Origin: Octopus vulgaris
Taxonomy: Eukaryota
Direction of reading: 5' to 3'
Length of the DNA stretch: 64,000 nt
Assembly: GCA_951406725.2 (NCBI GenBank)
Contig: OX597815.1
Location: 44,888,001-44,952,000 of the forward strand
The notes under the pieces were generated by a model. The model was not told the origin of the DNA. It saw only the letters and a list, made by a program, of their open reading frames with translations, and did no database searches. Of this stretch, positions 40,882-58,198 are shown one piece after another (the first letter of the stretch is position 1; every line of letters starts with the position of its first letter). The translations under genes were made by a program, and so were the position numbers.

Positions 40882-41347
40882 TCTGTGCTTGTCCCCGACC
40901 ACCGATTGACAACTGGTATTATGTTTACGTTCTTGTAACTTCGCAGTTCGGCAAAAGACCTCAATAGAATAAGTAGTTTACAAAAAATGAGTACTGGGGT
41001 CGATTCATTCGACTAAAACATTCTTCTAAGCGGTGCCCCAGCATGGCCACATTATAATGACTGAAACAAGATAAAAGATATTTTCGTGCTCGGTGTCACT
41101 AGTCCTCGATGTCGATGATGTGTGAGAAGCCGATCAAGAAGACATGGCGTCTCCTCTTTCAGCGTGGCACCGGCTGAAGACTAACAGCACCACTCTGTCT
41201 TCCAGTGCTGGTGAGATGTAAAAAGAGATTAGAGATAGGAGATTAGCGAATGGTGGGAAATCACTAAGAAAAGCTGCAAAACATTAATGAAACTAGATAA
41301 AAATCAAATAAAATAGACACATATATATATGTGTGTGTGTGTGTATG

Positions 41348-41393
<46 letters not shown>

Positions 41394-42267
41394 AATTGAG
41401 GGAGTGGAACGTGTAAAATCTAGACTACATATGTTTCTTAGCGAGCCGATCTTCTAATGTAATAATTATTCAACGAGAGACACTATGCTTAGCTAATCAT
41501 CAGGCCGAGAATACCTTAATTACATAAACGTTACATTGTCGCTTGGAATGTCCAAGTTAACTCACCGCAGATGTGCGCTGAAATGAGTAGTGAAACTTGA
41601 AGAACAGAATAATAAAAAACAAATACTTGAAGAAATAAAACGGCCAAGAAGTAGGAAAGCGGAGGATGGGGTCAAATATGTGGGAGTAGAAGTCGTATAA
41701 GAAAGAAAGAACAGGAAAAAAATAAATGAAAGAAAGCAGTAGACGTTACTCCCTACGGAGATCCGCAACTACGCGGTTTTTCGAAAGGGATTCAATGTCC
41801 GATGTAATGTTGAGACTGGGACACAACGAACTAATTAATATGCTGACTGAAGTAGATATGATATAGATAAGTACCAAGCGCTCCTAGACAATAATTTGAT
41901 AAATTTTGGTGAAGTAATTTTGGTAAAGACCGCAGTTAGCAGTCGATCAACTATCGAAAATTTAAGGGTCTTCTTGGGTCCGTTTAAGCCAAAAATTGCC
42001 TGGGAGCAGCAATGAATAGTCCAGATTGGGAAAGAAACGCAGCTCACCTCTCTCTCTGCCTTTCTTTAACCTCACCATCATTATATATTTAACTATTTTC
42101 CTCTATGTTATCACAACTTTCAACTAACTTTTCTAATCGTGTAATAAATACCTCACGTCATGGACACATCTCTCGCCCTCTTTTCTTTCTCCATCATTTT
42201 CTCTGATCACGTGAAACGTTTCCGACAGGCTAAGTAACGTGTATGTATGTGTGCATGAATGTACGAT

Positions 42268-42315
<48 letters not shown>

Positions 42316-42325
42316 ATATATATAC

Positions 42326-42497
42326 ACATAGTGACGTATATTTGCCATTTGAATATGGCTAACCCCTAAGGGTGGATGCTACTGTAGTTTGTAGCCCCAG
42401 GAAGACACCTTAGGCGTTAGCCATATTCAAATGGCAAATATACGTCACGATGTATTGCCGCTACATTTTATAACTCGCTCTGAGATTTATCATTGCT
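42326..42497. mobile_element. Unit-3-specific ~170-bp insertion with ~41-bp inverted arms in (TA)n
   Basis: gtgacgtatatttgccatttgaatatggctaacccctaagg (42331-42371) versus ccttaggcgttagccatattcaaatggcaaatatacgtcac (42408-42448). Absent from the other units. Confidence 0.75.
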
Positions 42498-42889
42498 ATA
42501 TATACATAGATACATATATACAAACATACATACATACAAGTTCAGGTTTATACCTGTAATTATTGAGGCCCTTGGATATGTAATGCACTGCCTAAATACC
42601 AATCTTGAGAAATTAGGCTTCCCAAAACCAGAGAGGAAACGACTAATTCGAAGGCGACAGATCAAATCTATCACTGGAACTATAAAGATTTGTAAAACAT
42701 TCCAGAAGTTAATCGTTTAAAATATATATGTGCATGTCTAGATATACAACTATATGCATGAGAATACATACATAAGACATACAAATCTGCACATACATGC
42801 ATACATACATGCATACATACATACATACATACATACATACATACATACATACATACATACATAAATACATACATACATACATACGTACA

Positions 42890-42983
<94 letters not shown>

Positions 42984-43093
42984 CAAAAATACACTGTCGT
43001 TGATGTTGAAACCCCAATGAAGGAACCTTGGATTTAGGTTAGAAACCGGTTCTTTCTATATTGGCAAGAAATCTTGAAATAAACTGAATAATG

Positions 43094-43124
<31 letters not shown>

Positions 43125-43786
43125 CACACACACACTCATATATACATCTTCACACGTCCTGTTTTGTATTGAATGTATGGGCCGTTGTAGCAAAGAATTA
43201 TAGTTGTTGTTGAATGGATATGTTAATTTCAGAATATATAAAAGTGAACAAAGAATAGCAGCAAAATAGTTGGTTCGATGACAGGTTTCAAATCTCAGCT
43301 GAATGTGTTGCTCATTCTTCAGATATTTAATACCATTTTAATGGTTTCGGTATTTGATACAAAAGAGATGTTCCTTTTTTTTTCCTCAATCGGTTCTACA
43401 CTTCGAATCTCGCTGGTATTATTGAATTTCTATTGCTGCAGAGTTTATTAAACAAATACCAGTAACATCATTGGCATTATTCTATGAACCGAGTAATGAA
43501 AGAGAAATAAAAGCAAGGCATAATCCGCAGTAAAAAAAAGTAGAACTTTGGAATTTTTTCAATTTTCTTGTTCTCAAATACACTTGAAAGACAAAGATAT
43601 GAATGCTATAAATCGTAATTTCAAAACTCCGACATTTTGAGAATGCAAAAAAGAAAGTGTTCTATTGTTACGTCATCACAATTACATGATTTTTTAAACA
43701 CAAATTGAAAGAATGGAAGATTTTAAAACAAATATTATTGCGTTCTATTATACCTTTAGTCGAGAACTTTTGAGATATTCCATAAA

Positions 43787-45220
43787 TGACGTATGTTTAA
43801 CCCCGCCCACTTTTGGTATTTTGGGCTATAAAAGGCCAGCGATTTCTCATTTCTATCGAGGCACCAACACCGATCTAATCTGACATGATCTCAACTGATC
43901 TCGATCGGGGAAGTTATAATCAGGTCAGTTGACATCAGGTCAACATACATGGTTACTGGTAAGTATACCAGGCGAGTACAAAACGAATCTTTGTTTTGTT
44001 GACTTGCCAAGTCAGCATTAAAGTCTGCTTAGATGAGCATAAAATTATGTAAACTTGCTTGTTTACGTGCCCGTAACTTAGCGGTTCGGCAACAATACCG
44101 ATAAAGTACCAGGCCCAGCAGATCACTTTTAATTTCCTCGATGATTAATTTGTATCACTTGCATTCTATAGGAGCTCTGGGGTTCGATGAGAACCAACTT
44201 ACCAACCTAGTCTGAAGGGAATAACACCTCGGTATTCTAGGACGAAGAAATCATGTAATTGTGATGTAATTGTGATGACGTAACAATGCTTCGTGACAGG
44301 GTCCTCTTTCCCAGCCCTATCTAGCTCAGAGCCGGATATATAGAACCCTGTCACGAAGCATTCCATTCTTCGTCCTAGAATACCGAGGTGTTATTCCCTT
44401 CAGACCAGGTTGGTAAGTTGGTTCTCATCGAACGCAGCCACCCTTACCCGTCTTGTGGATTAACCAGAGTCTCTATAGAATACCGAGGTGTTATTTGTCA
44501 AGAGTGCCTAACGGCACTCCTTCTGCCATTCAGATTACATCTAATGAGACCGGGTTTAAATCTTTCCAGCGAGGCCGGTTGCAGCAAGAACTCCTCCGCC
44601 AGCAGACTCCTTAACACCCTCCTGGTGGCACCAGAGATATCTCAGTCTCCCCAGACAACTCTTTAGCGGTTCCTGGCAGCACACGGAGCGCTTCACATGT
44701 GATTTTCCCCCTCTCCACAAAAAGCGAAATAAGGAGTCGTTCCAGCTTGTTTAGCCCGATTCCTTCGACTAAAAATTGAAAGCGGTGCTCCTAACTTAGC
44801 GGCTAAAGGACCAATAAAACATAAGTACCAGCGTTTCAAAGAAGCGCCCGATTCCTTCGACTAAAAATTGAAAGCGGTTTTCCTAACTTAGCGGTTCGGC
44901 AAAAGGACCAATAAAACAATGATTAGGTCGGTTTTATGAACCCTTGAGTCTTTAAACACCCTCTGCAACATGCTGGTTGGTGTCATAACATAGTTGCAAG
45001 GTGTACGGGGAGTGTCACGTGACCGTATAGACTCTTAACCAGGCTCTTCCAGTGCAGGAAACCTGGGGGTTCCAACCAGAAATCGCAATAATGTTTTAAC
45101 TTCTACGTCTTGCCCTTTATTTTACAGGTAAAGGGCATATAGTTGATTCAAGAATTCACTGCACTTACAATTAAACTTGATATAAAACTTGGCAAATAAA
45201 ATATTTTAATGGTTTCGTTT
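43787..45220 (+). ncRNA. Putative hairpin-RNA gene with promoter (unit 3)
   Basis: TATA at 43827, donor at 43959, hairpin A at 44182-44433. Confidence 0.6.
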
Positions 45221-45722
45221 GTTTTAGTATGAGTGAGGAAGAGACGCTGATTGGAACGTTTTAATACGAATAAAATACAAGAGAAATTTTTCGTTTATAT
45301 TTGTGTTAATAGTATTGTTTCAGTGAGGAGCAGTGAGGTGTATTGTTTCAGTGGTGGGAAGAGAACAAAGTGGATAAAATTCCCTTGACTCTACAATCAT
45401 GGACTTACCGCTCTTTATAAGCGGTGTCGTATTTGCAGGTTATGGTACTGGAATGACTTCTTCCCGGTATGTTTTCTCACGCCTTCCGTGATCAATAAAA
45501 CCCTTCCGTGATCAATAAAAATGAATCAAGTGCCTTATATTAGCGGAATACTTTTCTCGGTATTTGATCGGATTATCTACATTCAATTCAAACCTCTCTT
45601 GGAACCAACTTTACTATTCTTCGTTTTTTCTTGATCGATATAAAAAATGAAGCCAGAACGGTCGATTGGCAGAACCATATATGGGCGTTGTGATAGTTAT
45701 AGCAATGCAGGTGTTAAAGCAC

Positions 45723-46001
45723 CTGAATGTAAGTCAATTTGCGGCCACCATTGTGACTTCCAGTTTCGTGCATAAATAGTGTAAGCCTCCCTTGGTCGAT
45801 GTTATCATGCATCTACACTTCCACGTACCAAAATTATCGGCCTATAATAATCTTGCATGCATGGGCGGGTAGTCTTCTTCAAAACGTCAGGACCAGGTAC
45901 GCACGTAGAATAGATACATGAACGTCGACCAGGGTAGGGCTACGCACTCTATGCACGGAAGTAGAGATCACAATGGTGCCCGCCTTTTGATTTACATTCA
46001 G
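45723..46001 (+). repeat. Hairpin B (unit 3)
   Basis: Copy of 32741-33019. Confidence 0.9.
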
Positions 46002-47533
46002 AGGTAAAAACCGATATCAAATTAAGACGTTACTATTGCTACACTTACTGCTGCTACACATCCTGAGAGACACTCGGTTGAATAGCTCTCCATCACTAAC
46101 AGGCACACTCCAGCCCCAGGCCCGCACGAGACCTCTGAAACATTACTGACGATGCATCCCAGAGCATCTCCAAGTATTAGTAGTTGTAAGTAGTAAGTAG
46201 TAGTTAGGGTTAGGGTTTGATTTTGAAATTAAGGGAAAAAATGCATAGAAAAGATACATATACATACGTACGCTTACATACACGCACACACGTACACACA
46301 TGCTCACATATATTAATAAATAAAATAAAATTTTAATTAGGACACCAAGTCAGGGTCAAGATTAGATCATCATGCATATATCCATGCACATACAGACGTA
46401 TTTTGAAATTTGCATAAACATGTACATGAACAAATCAAGATATACATCCATATAAATATCCATGTATATGAAATTATGCATGCTGGCATGCTGTTTCCCG
46501 ATCCACTGATTTCCTGACCCAACGTAGGGAAGTTTCTAGGTGTAGTGTTTACACAAAGAAAGAATACAAGTGTGTTAAGCTTCACTACAGCTGTTTCAGA
46601 CATGTTTTTAAAGATAATGATTTTCATTTGATTATAAACATATTTTGCAAGTAAGAATGTTTCGTAATTCTTTGACTATGAGTGAGAGAATTGTGTGTGT
46701 GTGTGCGCGCGCGTATGTGCGGTTATGTGTGTGCGCAAATGTGTGTGGGTTTGTGTGCATTTTCGTGTGTACGCGTGAGTCTGTGTGCTTGTGTGTAGAT
46801 GGAATGATTTAAGATAACCGTCTACATAGATAACTAGCTAGCTGAATACATAAAATAAAAAGATCGATTAGATTAGATTCGATTAGATTAGATTGGGTGG
46901 ATGGATGGATGGATGGATGGATGGACGGATGGATGGAAGATGGATGAATGGATGGATGGTTGGATGGACGGATGGATGAATGGATGGATGGTTGGATGGA
47001 CGGATGGATGAATGGATAGATGGATGTAAGGTGGATGGATGGATGGATGGACGGACGGACGGACGGATGGATCCCTGGATGGGCGGATGGATAGGTACAT
47101 AGATGGATGGGATAGCGATAGAGATAAGAGATGGATGGATGGATGGATGGATGGATGGATGAATGGATGATCGATGAAATGATGGATCGATGGATGGATC
47201 GATGGATGGAAGGATGGATGGAAGGGTAGGTAGATGAATGGATGGATGGATGGAGATTGGTAGAGATAAGGATAGCGATAGAGACAAGAGATGGATCGAT
47301 GGATGGATGGATGGATGGAAGGCTGGATGGCTGGATGGATGGATGGATAGATGGATGGAGATAGTGATAAGGATAGCGAAAGAAATAGTGATAGATAGAG
47401 ATAGATATAGATAGATAAATAGATAGAGAGATCTAGAGAGAGAGAGAAATGTATGTTTGTTTGTATTACACGTGTGCACCTCTTTATCAGTCTACATGTT
47501 CCTAAAAAAAGAAAAATTGTATAACATCATATA

Positions 47534-47606
<73 letters not shown>

Positions 47607-47788
47607 GTATATAAGTGCATTTCTTATTGTCAATGTTGGAGAGGTTTATCGCATTAATTATAAATTCAGTTATATTTTTATTTGAATTATTCTTATTTAT
47701 TTCTTACTTGACTTTTATTTATTTTCGTTTGGAGAAACATTCCATGATCGTTAATGTTTTATTATTTCTCTGTTTACAAGGAATCAAT

Positions 47789-47868
<80 letters not shown>

Positions 47869-48008
47869 CAATTTAGAAATTTGACAATCGTCTGGGTAAT
47901 CACATACTCCTTGTAGTACGTGATGGTCAAATGGATGTCGTCTGTTACTGTAGATTTCCTAGATCAAAATGGACCTGGAGCTAAGCAATAACAATAAAAA
48001 TATTTCAA

Positions 48009-48125
48009 ACACTACCTTTATCATACTGAAAAGATCGGTTCTCCTCTGATCACCGAAGTTAAGCAACGCCGAGTCTAATTAGTACTTAGATGAGTGATTG
48101 CTTCGGGAACCTACATGCTGTAATT
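48009..48125 (+). pseudogene. 5S rRNA-derived pseudogene (unit 4)
   Basis: Copy of 27185-27302. Confidence 0.82.
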
Positions 48126-48587
48126 AGTTTCAGATGCTGGCGTGGCTGTATGTTGTAAGAAGTTTGCTTCCGAACCATAAAGTTCCGGATTCAAACCCAC
48201 TACGTGACATCTTGGGCAAGCGTCTTCGGCAAAAGCGGTTCAGCAAAAGCGACGATGAAGACGACGATGAATAGACATTATTTGTGCGGCACATCTCCTC
48301 TGCTAGTTTTTTAATCGACCTGCAGTTCACCGGGTTTGAGAAAAATGCTTACCTTTAAAAAAGAAAATACGGTTATATTCTCTTGTTTGCATTACTTTTG
48401 CAATATTTACACGTTACAAGATGACCGACCAATCCCTTGTTAGTGGATTTGGTAAACGGAAACTGAAAGACACATGTCGTAGCAGTGCTCCAGCATGGCT
48501 TCAGTCAAATGACTGAAACAAGTTAAAGAATAAAAGAATGTGTATGTGTGTGCGTGTGCGTGTGCGAGTGTGTGCGTGTGCGTGTTC

Positions 48588-48669
<82 letters not shown>

Positions 48670-49788
48670 CTCTGTGCTTGTCCCCGACCACCGCTTGACA
48701 ACTGGTATTATGTTTACGTTCTTGTAACATCGCAGTTCGGCAAAAGACCTCAATAGAATAAGTAGTTTACAAAAAATGAGTACTGGGGTCGATTCATTCG
48801 ACTAAAACATTCTTCTAAGCGGTGCCCCAGCATGGCCACATTATAATGACTGAAACAAGGTAAAAGATATTTTCGTGCTCGGTGTCACTAGAACTCGATG
48901 TCGATGATGAGTGTGAAGCCGATCAAGAAGCCATGGCGTCTCCTCTTTCAGCGTGGAACCGGCTGAAGACTAACAGCGCCACTCTGTCTTCCTGTGCTGG
49001 TGAGATGAAAAAAGAGATTAGAGATAGGAGATTAGCGAATGGTGGGAAATCACTAAGAAAAGCTGCAAAACATTAATGAAACTAGATAAAAATCAAATAA
49101 AATAGACATATAAATATATGTGTGTGTGTATGTATATATATATATATATATATATATCCAAATTAGGGGAGTGGAACGGGTAAAATCTAGACTACATATG
49201 TTTCTTAGCGAGCCGATCCTATAATGTAATAATTACTCAACGAGAGACACTCTGCTTAGCTAATCATCAGGCCGAGAATACCTTAATTACATAAACGTTA
49301 CATTGTCGCTTGGAATGTCAAAGTTAACTCACCGCAGATGTGCGCTGAAATGAGTAGTGAAACTTGAAGAATAGAATAATAAAAAAACAAATACTTGAAG
49401 AAATAAAACGGCCAAAAAGGATGGGGTCAAATATGTGGGAGTAGAAGTCGTATAAAAAAGAAAGAACAGGAAAAAAATAAATGAAAGAAAGCAGTAGACG
49501 TTACTCCCTACGGAGATCCGCAACTACGCGGTTTTTCGAAAGGGATTCAATGTCCGATGTAATGTTGAGACTGGGAAACAACGAACTAATTAATATGCTG
49601 ACTGAAGTAGATATGATATAGATAAGTACCAAGCGCTCCTAGACAATAATTTGATAAATTTTGGTAAAGACCGCACTTAGCAGTCGATCAACTATCGAAA
49701 ATTTAAGGGTCTTCTTGGGTCCGTTTAAGCCAAAAATTGTCTGAGAGCAGCAATGAAGAGTCCAGATTGAGAAAGAAACGCAGCTCAC

Positions 49789-49824
<36 letters not shown>

Positions 49825-50079
49825 CTATCTCTTTCTCTCTCCCTCTCTCTCTCTCTCTCTCTGCCTTTCACCATCATTATATATTTAACTATTTTCCTCT
49901 ATGTTATCACAACTTTCAACTAAGTTTTCTAATCGTGTAATAAATACCTCACGCCATGGACACATCTCTCGCCCTCTTTTCTTTCTCCATCATTTTCTCT
50001 AATCACGTGAAAGCGTTTCCGACAGGCCAAGTAACGTGTATGTATGTGTGCATGAATGTACGATATACACACACACAGG

Positions 50080-50178
<99 letters not shown>

Positions 50179-50592
50179 TACATAGATACATATACACAAG
50201 AATACATACAATTTCAGGTTTATACCTGTAATTATTGAGGTCCTGGGATATGTAATGCACTGCCTAAATACCAATCTTGAGAAATTAGGCTTCCCAAAAC
50301 CAGAAAGGAAACGGCTAATTCGAAGGCTACAGATCAAATCTATCACTGGAACTATAAAGATTTGTATAACATTCCAGAAGTTAATCGTTTAAAATATATA
50401 TGTGCAAGTCTAGATATACAACTATATGCATGAGAATACATACATAAGACATACAAATCTGCACATACATGCATACATACACACATACATACATACATAC
50501 ATACATACATACATACATACATACATACATACATACGTACGTACATACATACATACATACATACATACATACATACATACATACACACACAC

Positions 50593-52360
<1,768 letters not shown>

Positions 52361-52367
52361 TATATAT

Positions 52368-52400
<33 letters not shown>

Positions 52401-52541
52401 CATACAAAAATACACTGTTGTTGATGTTGAAACCCCAATGAAGGAACATTGGATTTAGGTTAGAAACCGGTTCTTTCTATATTGGCAAGTAATCTTGAAA
52501 TAAACTGAATAATGACATACATACATACATACATACATACA

Positions 52542-52573
<32 letters not shown>

Positions 52574-53217
52574 CACACACACACTCTTATATACATCTTC
52601 ACACGTCCTTCTTTTGTATTGAATGTATGGGCCGTTGTAGCAAAGAATTATAGTTGTTGTTAATTTCAGAATATATAAAAGTGAACAAAGAATAGCAGCA
52701 AAATAGTTGGTTCGATGCCAGTTTTCAAATCTCAGCTGAATGTGTTGCTCATTCTTCAGATATTTAATACCATTTTAATGGTTTCGGTATTTGATACAAA
52801 AGAGATGTTCCTTTTTTTTTTCCTCAATCGGTTCTACACTTCGAATCTCGCTGGTATTATTGAATTTCTATTGCTGCAGAGTTTATTAAACAAATACCAG
52901 TAACATCATTGGCATTATTCTATGAACCGAGTAATGAAAGAGAAATAAAAGCAAGGCATTATCCGCAGTAAAAAAAAGTAGAACTTTGGAATTTTTTCAA
53001 TTTTTCAAATACGCTTGAAAGACAAAGATATAAATGCTATAAATCGTAATTTCAAAACTCCGACATTTTGAGAATGCAAAAAAAAATGTATTCTATTGTT
53101 ACGTCATCACAATTACATGATTTCTTAAACACAAATTGAAAGAATGGAAGATTTTAAAACAAATATTATTGCGTTCTATTATACCTTTAGTCGAGAACTT
53201 TTGAGATATTCCATAAA

Positions 53218-54825
53218 TGACGTATGTTTAACCCCGCCCACTTTTGGTATTTTGGGCTATAAAAGGCCAGCGATTTCTCATTTCTATCGAGGCACCAGCA
53301 CCGATCTAATCTGACATGATCTCAACTGATCTCGATCGGGGAAATTATAATCAGGTCAGTTGACATCAGGTCAACATACTTGGTTACTGGTAAGTATACC
53401 AGGCGAGTACAAAACGAAGCTTTGTTTTGTTGACTTGCCAAGTCAGCATTAAAGTCTGCTTAGATGAGCATAAAATTATGTAAACTTGCTTGTTTACGTG
53501 CCCGTAACTTAGCGGTTCGGCAAAAATACCAATAAAGTACCAGGCCCAGCAGATCACTTTTAATTTCCTCGATGATTAATTTGTATCACTTGCATTCTAT
53601 AGGAGCTCTGGGGTTCGATGAGAACCAACTTACCAACCTAGTCTGAAGGGAATAACACCTCGGTATTCTAGGACGAAGAAATCATGTAATTGTGATGTAA
53701 TTGTGATGACGTAACAATGCTTCGTGACAGGGTCCTCTTTCTCAGCCCTATCTAGCTCAGAGCCGGATATATAGAACCCTGTCACGAAGCATTCCATTCT
53801 TCGTCCTAGAATACCGAGGTGTTATTCCCTTCAGACCAGGTTGGTAAGTTGGTTCTCATCGAACGCAGCCACCCTTACCCGTCTTGTGGATTAGCCAGAG
53901 TCTCTATAGAATACCGAGGTGTTATTTGTCAAGAGTGCCTAACGGCACTCCTTCTGCCATTCAGATTACATCTAATCAGACCGGGTTTAAATCTTTCCAG
54001 CGAGGCCGGTTGCAGCAAGAACTCCTCCGCCAGCAGACTCCTTAACACTCTCCAGGTGGCACCAGAGATATCTCAGTCGCCCCAGACAACTCTTTAGCGG
54101 TTCCTGGCAGCACACGGAGCGCTTCACAAGTGATTTTCCCCCTCTCCACAAAAAGCGAAATAAGGAGTCGTTCCAGCTTGTTTAGCCCGATTCCTTCGAC
54201 TAAAAATTGAAAGCGGTGCTCCTAACTTAACGGTTCGGCAAAAGGACCAATAAAACATAAGTACCAGCGTTTCAAAAAAGCGCCCGATTCCTTCGACTAA
54301 AAATTGAAAGCGGAGCTCCTAAATTAGCGGTTCGGCAAAAGGACACCGATTCCTTCGACTAAAAATTGAAAGCGGTGCTCCTAACTTAGCGGTTCGTCAG
54401 CGCTTCGGCAAAAGGACCAATAAAACATAAGTACCAGCGTTTCAAAAAAGCGCCCGATTCCTTCGACTAAAAATTGAAAGCGGTGCTCCTAACTTAGCGC
54501 TTCGGCAAAAGGACCAATAAAACAATGATTAGGTCGGTTTTATGAACCCTTGAGTCTTTAAACACCCTCTGCAACATGCTGGTTGGTGTCATAACATAGT
54601 TGCAAGGTGTACGGGGAGTGTCACGTGACCGTATAGACTCTTAACCAGGCTCTTCTAGTGCAGGAAACCTGGGGGTTCCAACCAGAAATCGCAGTAATGT
54701 TTTAACTTCTACGTCTTGCCCTTTATTTTACAGGTAAAGGGCATATAGTTGATTCAAGAATTCACAGCACTTACAATTAAACTTGATATAAAACTTGGCA
54801 AATAAAATATTTTAATGGTTTCGTT
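53218..54825 (+). ncRNA. Putative hairpin-RNA gene with promoter (unit 4)
   Basis: TATA at 53258, exon-1 hairpin at 53312-53373, hairpin A at 53613-53864. Confidence 0.6.
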
Positions 54826-55315
54826 TGTTTTAGTATGAGTGAGGAAGAGACGTTGATTGGAACTATTTAATACGAATAAAATACAAGAGAAATTTTTCGT
54901 TTATATTTGTGTTAATAGTATTGTTTCAGTGAGGAGCAGTGAGGTGTATTGTTTCAGTGGTGGGAAGAGAACAAAGTTGATAAAATTCCCTTGACTCTAC
55001 AATCATGGACTTATAGTCACCGCCCTTTATAAGCGGCGTCGTATTTGCAGGTTATGGTACTGGAATGACTTCTTCCCAGTATGTTTTCTCACCCCTTCCG
55101 TGATCAATAAAAATGAATCAAGTGCCTTATATTAGCGGAATACTTTTCTCGGTATTTGATCGGATTATCTACATTCAATTCAAACCTCTCTTGGAACCAA
55201 CTTTACTATTCTTCGTTTTTTCTCGATCGATATAAAAAAATCAAGCCAGAACGGTCGATTGGCAGAACCATATGTGGGCGTTGTGATAGTTACAGCAATG
55301 CAGGTGTTAAATCAC

Positions 55316-55590
55316 CTGAATGTAAGTCAATTGGCGGCCACCATTGTGACTTCCAGTTTCGTGCATAAATAGTGTAAGCCTCCCTTGGTCGATGTTATCA
55401 TGCATCTACACTTCCACGTACCAAACTTATCGGCCTATAATAATCTTGCATGCATGGGCGGGTAGTCTTCTTCAAAACGTCAGGACCAGGTACGCACGTA
55501 GAATAGATACATGAACGTCGACCAGGGTGGGGCTACGCACTCTATGCACGAAAGTAGAGATCACAATGGTGCCTTTTGATTTACATTCAG
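55316..55590 (+). repeat. Hairpin B (unit 4)
   Basis: Copy of 32741-33019 with a 4-nt deletion in the right arm. Confidence 0.9.
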
Positions 55591-57103
55591 AGGTAAAAAC
55601 CGATATCAAATTAAGACGTTACTATTGCTACACTTACTGCTGCTACACATCCTGAGAGACACTCGGTTGAATAGCTCTCCATCACTAACAGGCACACTCC
55701 AGCCCCAGGCCCGCACGAGACCTCTGAAACATTACTGACGATGCATCCCAGAGCATCTGCAAGTATTAGTAGTAGTAAGTAGTAAGTAGTAGTTAGGGTT
55801 AGGGTTTGATTTTGAAATTAAGGGAAAAAAATGCATAGAAAAGATACATATACATACATACACTTACATACACGCACACACGTACACACATGCACACATA
55901 TATTAATAAATAAAATAAAATTTTAATTAGGACACCAAGTCAGGGTCAAGATTAGATCATCATGCATATATCCATGCACATACAGACGTATTTTGAAATT
56001 TGCATAAACATGTACATGAACAAATCAAGATATACATCCATATAAATATCCATGTATATGAAATTATGCATGCTGGCATGCTGTTTCCCGATCCACTGAT
56101 TTCCTGACCCAACGTAGGGAAGTTTCTAGGTGTAGTGTTTACATAAAGAAAGAATACAAGTGTGTTAAGCTTCACTACAGCTGTTTCAGACATGTTTTTA
56201 AAGATAATGATTTTCATTTGATTATAAACATATTTTCCAAGTAAGAATGTTTCGTAATTCTTTGACTATGAGTGAGAGAATTGTGTGTGTGTGTGCGCGC
56301 GCGTATGGGCGGTTATGTGTGTGCGCAAATGTGTGTGAGTTTGTGTGTGTTCATTTTCGTGTGTACGCGTCTGTCTGTGTGCTTGTGTGTAGATGGAATG
56401 ATTTAAGATAACCGTCTACATAGATAACTAGCTGGCTGAATACATAAAACAAAAAGATCGATTAGATTAGATTAGATTAGATTAGATTAGATGGGTGGAT
56501 GGATGGATGGGTGGATGGATGGATGGATGGATGGATGGATGGAAAATGGATGGATAGATGGATGGATGGAGGGAAGATGGATGGATGGATGGATGGATGG
56601 TTGGATGGACGGATGGATGAATGGATAGATGGATGGAAGGTGGATGGATGGATGGATGGACGGACGGACGGATGGATCCCTAGATGGGTGGATGGATAGG
56701 TCCATAGATGGATGGGATAGCGATAGAGATAAGAGATGGATGGATGGATGGATGGATGGATGGATGGATGAATGGATGATCGATGAAATGATGGATCGAT
56801 GGATGGATCGATGGATGGAAGGATGGATGGATGGGTAGGTAGATGAATGGATGGATGGATGGAGATTGGTAGAGATAAGGATAGCGACAGAGACAAGAGA
56901 TGGATCGATGGATGGATGGATGGATAGATGGATGGAGATAGTGATAAGGATAGCGAAAGAAATAGTGATAGATAGAGATAGATATAGATAGATAAATAGA
57001 TGGACAGATCTAGAGAGAGAGAGAAATGTATGTTTGTTTGTATTACACGTGTGCACCTCTTTATCAATCTACATGTTCCTAAAAAAGAAACATTGTATAA
57101 CAT

Positions 57104-57170
<67 letters not shown>

Positions 57171-57354
57171 GTATATAAGTGCTCTTCTTATTGTCAATGT
57201 TGGAGAGGTTTATCGCATTAATTATAAATTCAGTTATATTTTTATTTGAATTATTCTTATTTATTTCTTATTTGACTTTTATTTATTTTCGTTTGGAGAA
57301 ACATTCCATGATCGTTAATGTTTTATTATTTCTCTGTTTACAAGGAATCAATGC

Positions 57355-57421
<67 letters not shown>

Positions 57422-57561
57422 CAATTTAGAAATTTGACAATCGTCTGGGTAATCACATACTCCTTGTAGTACGTGATGGTCAAATGGATGTCGTCTGTTA
57501 CTGTAGATTTCCTAGAACAAAATGGACCTGGAGCTAAGCAATAACAATAAAAATATTTCAA

Positions 57562-57678
57562 ACACTACCTTTATCATACTGAAAAGATCGGTTCTCCTCT
57601 GATCACCGAAGTTAAGCAACGCCGAGTCTAATTAGTACTTAGATGAGTGATTGCTTCGGGAACCTACATGCTGTAATT
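57562..57678 (+). pseudogene. 5S rRNA-derived pseudogene (unit 5)
   Basis: Copy of 27185-27302. Confidence 0.82.
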
Positions 57679-58130
57679 AGTTTCAGATGCTGGTGTGGCT
57701 GTATGTTGTAAGAAGTTTGCTTCCGAACCATAAGTTCCGGATTCAAACCCACTGCGTGACATCTTGGGCAAGCGTCTTCGGCAAAAGCGGTTCAGCAAAA
57801 GCGACGATGAAGACGACGATGAATAGACATTATTTGTGCGGCACATCTCCTCTGCTAGTCTTTTAATCGACCTGCAGTTCACCAGGTTTGAGAAAAATGC
57901 TTACCTTTAAAAAAGAAAATACGGTTATATTTTCTTGTTTGCATTACTTTTGCAATATTTACACGTTACAAGATGACCGACCAATCCCTTGTTAGTGGAT
58001 TTGGTAAACGGAAACTGAAAGACACATGTCGTAGCAGTGCTCCAGCATGGCTTCAGTCAAATGACTGAAACAAGTTAAAGAATAAAAGAATGTGTATGTG
58101 TGTGCGTGTGCGTGTGCGAGTGTGTGAGTG

Positions 58131-58198
<68 letters not shown>

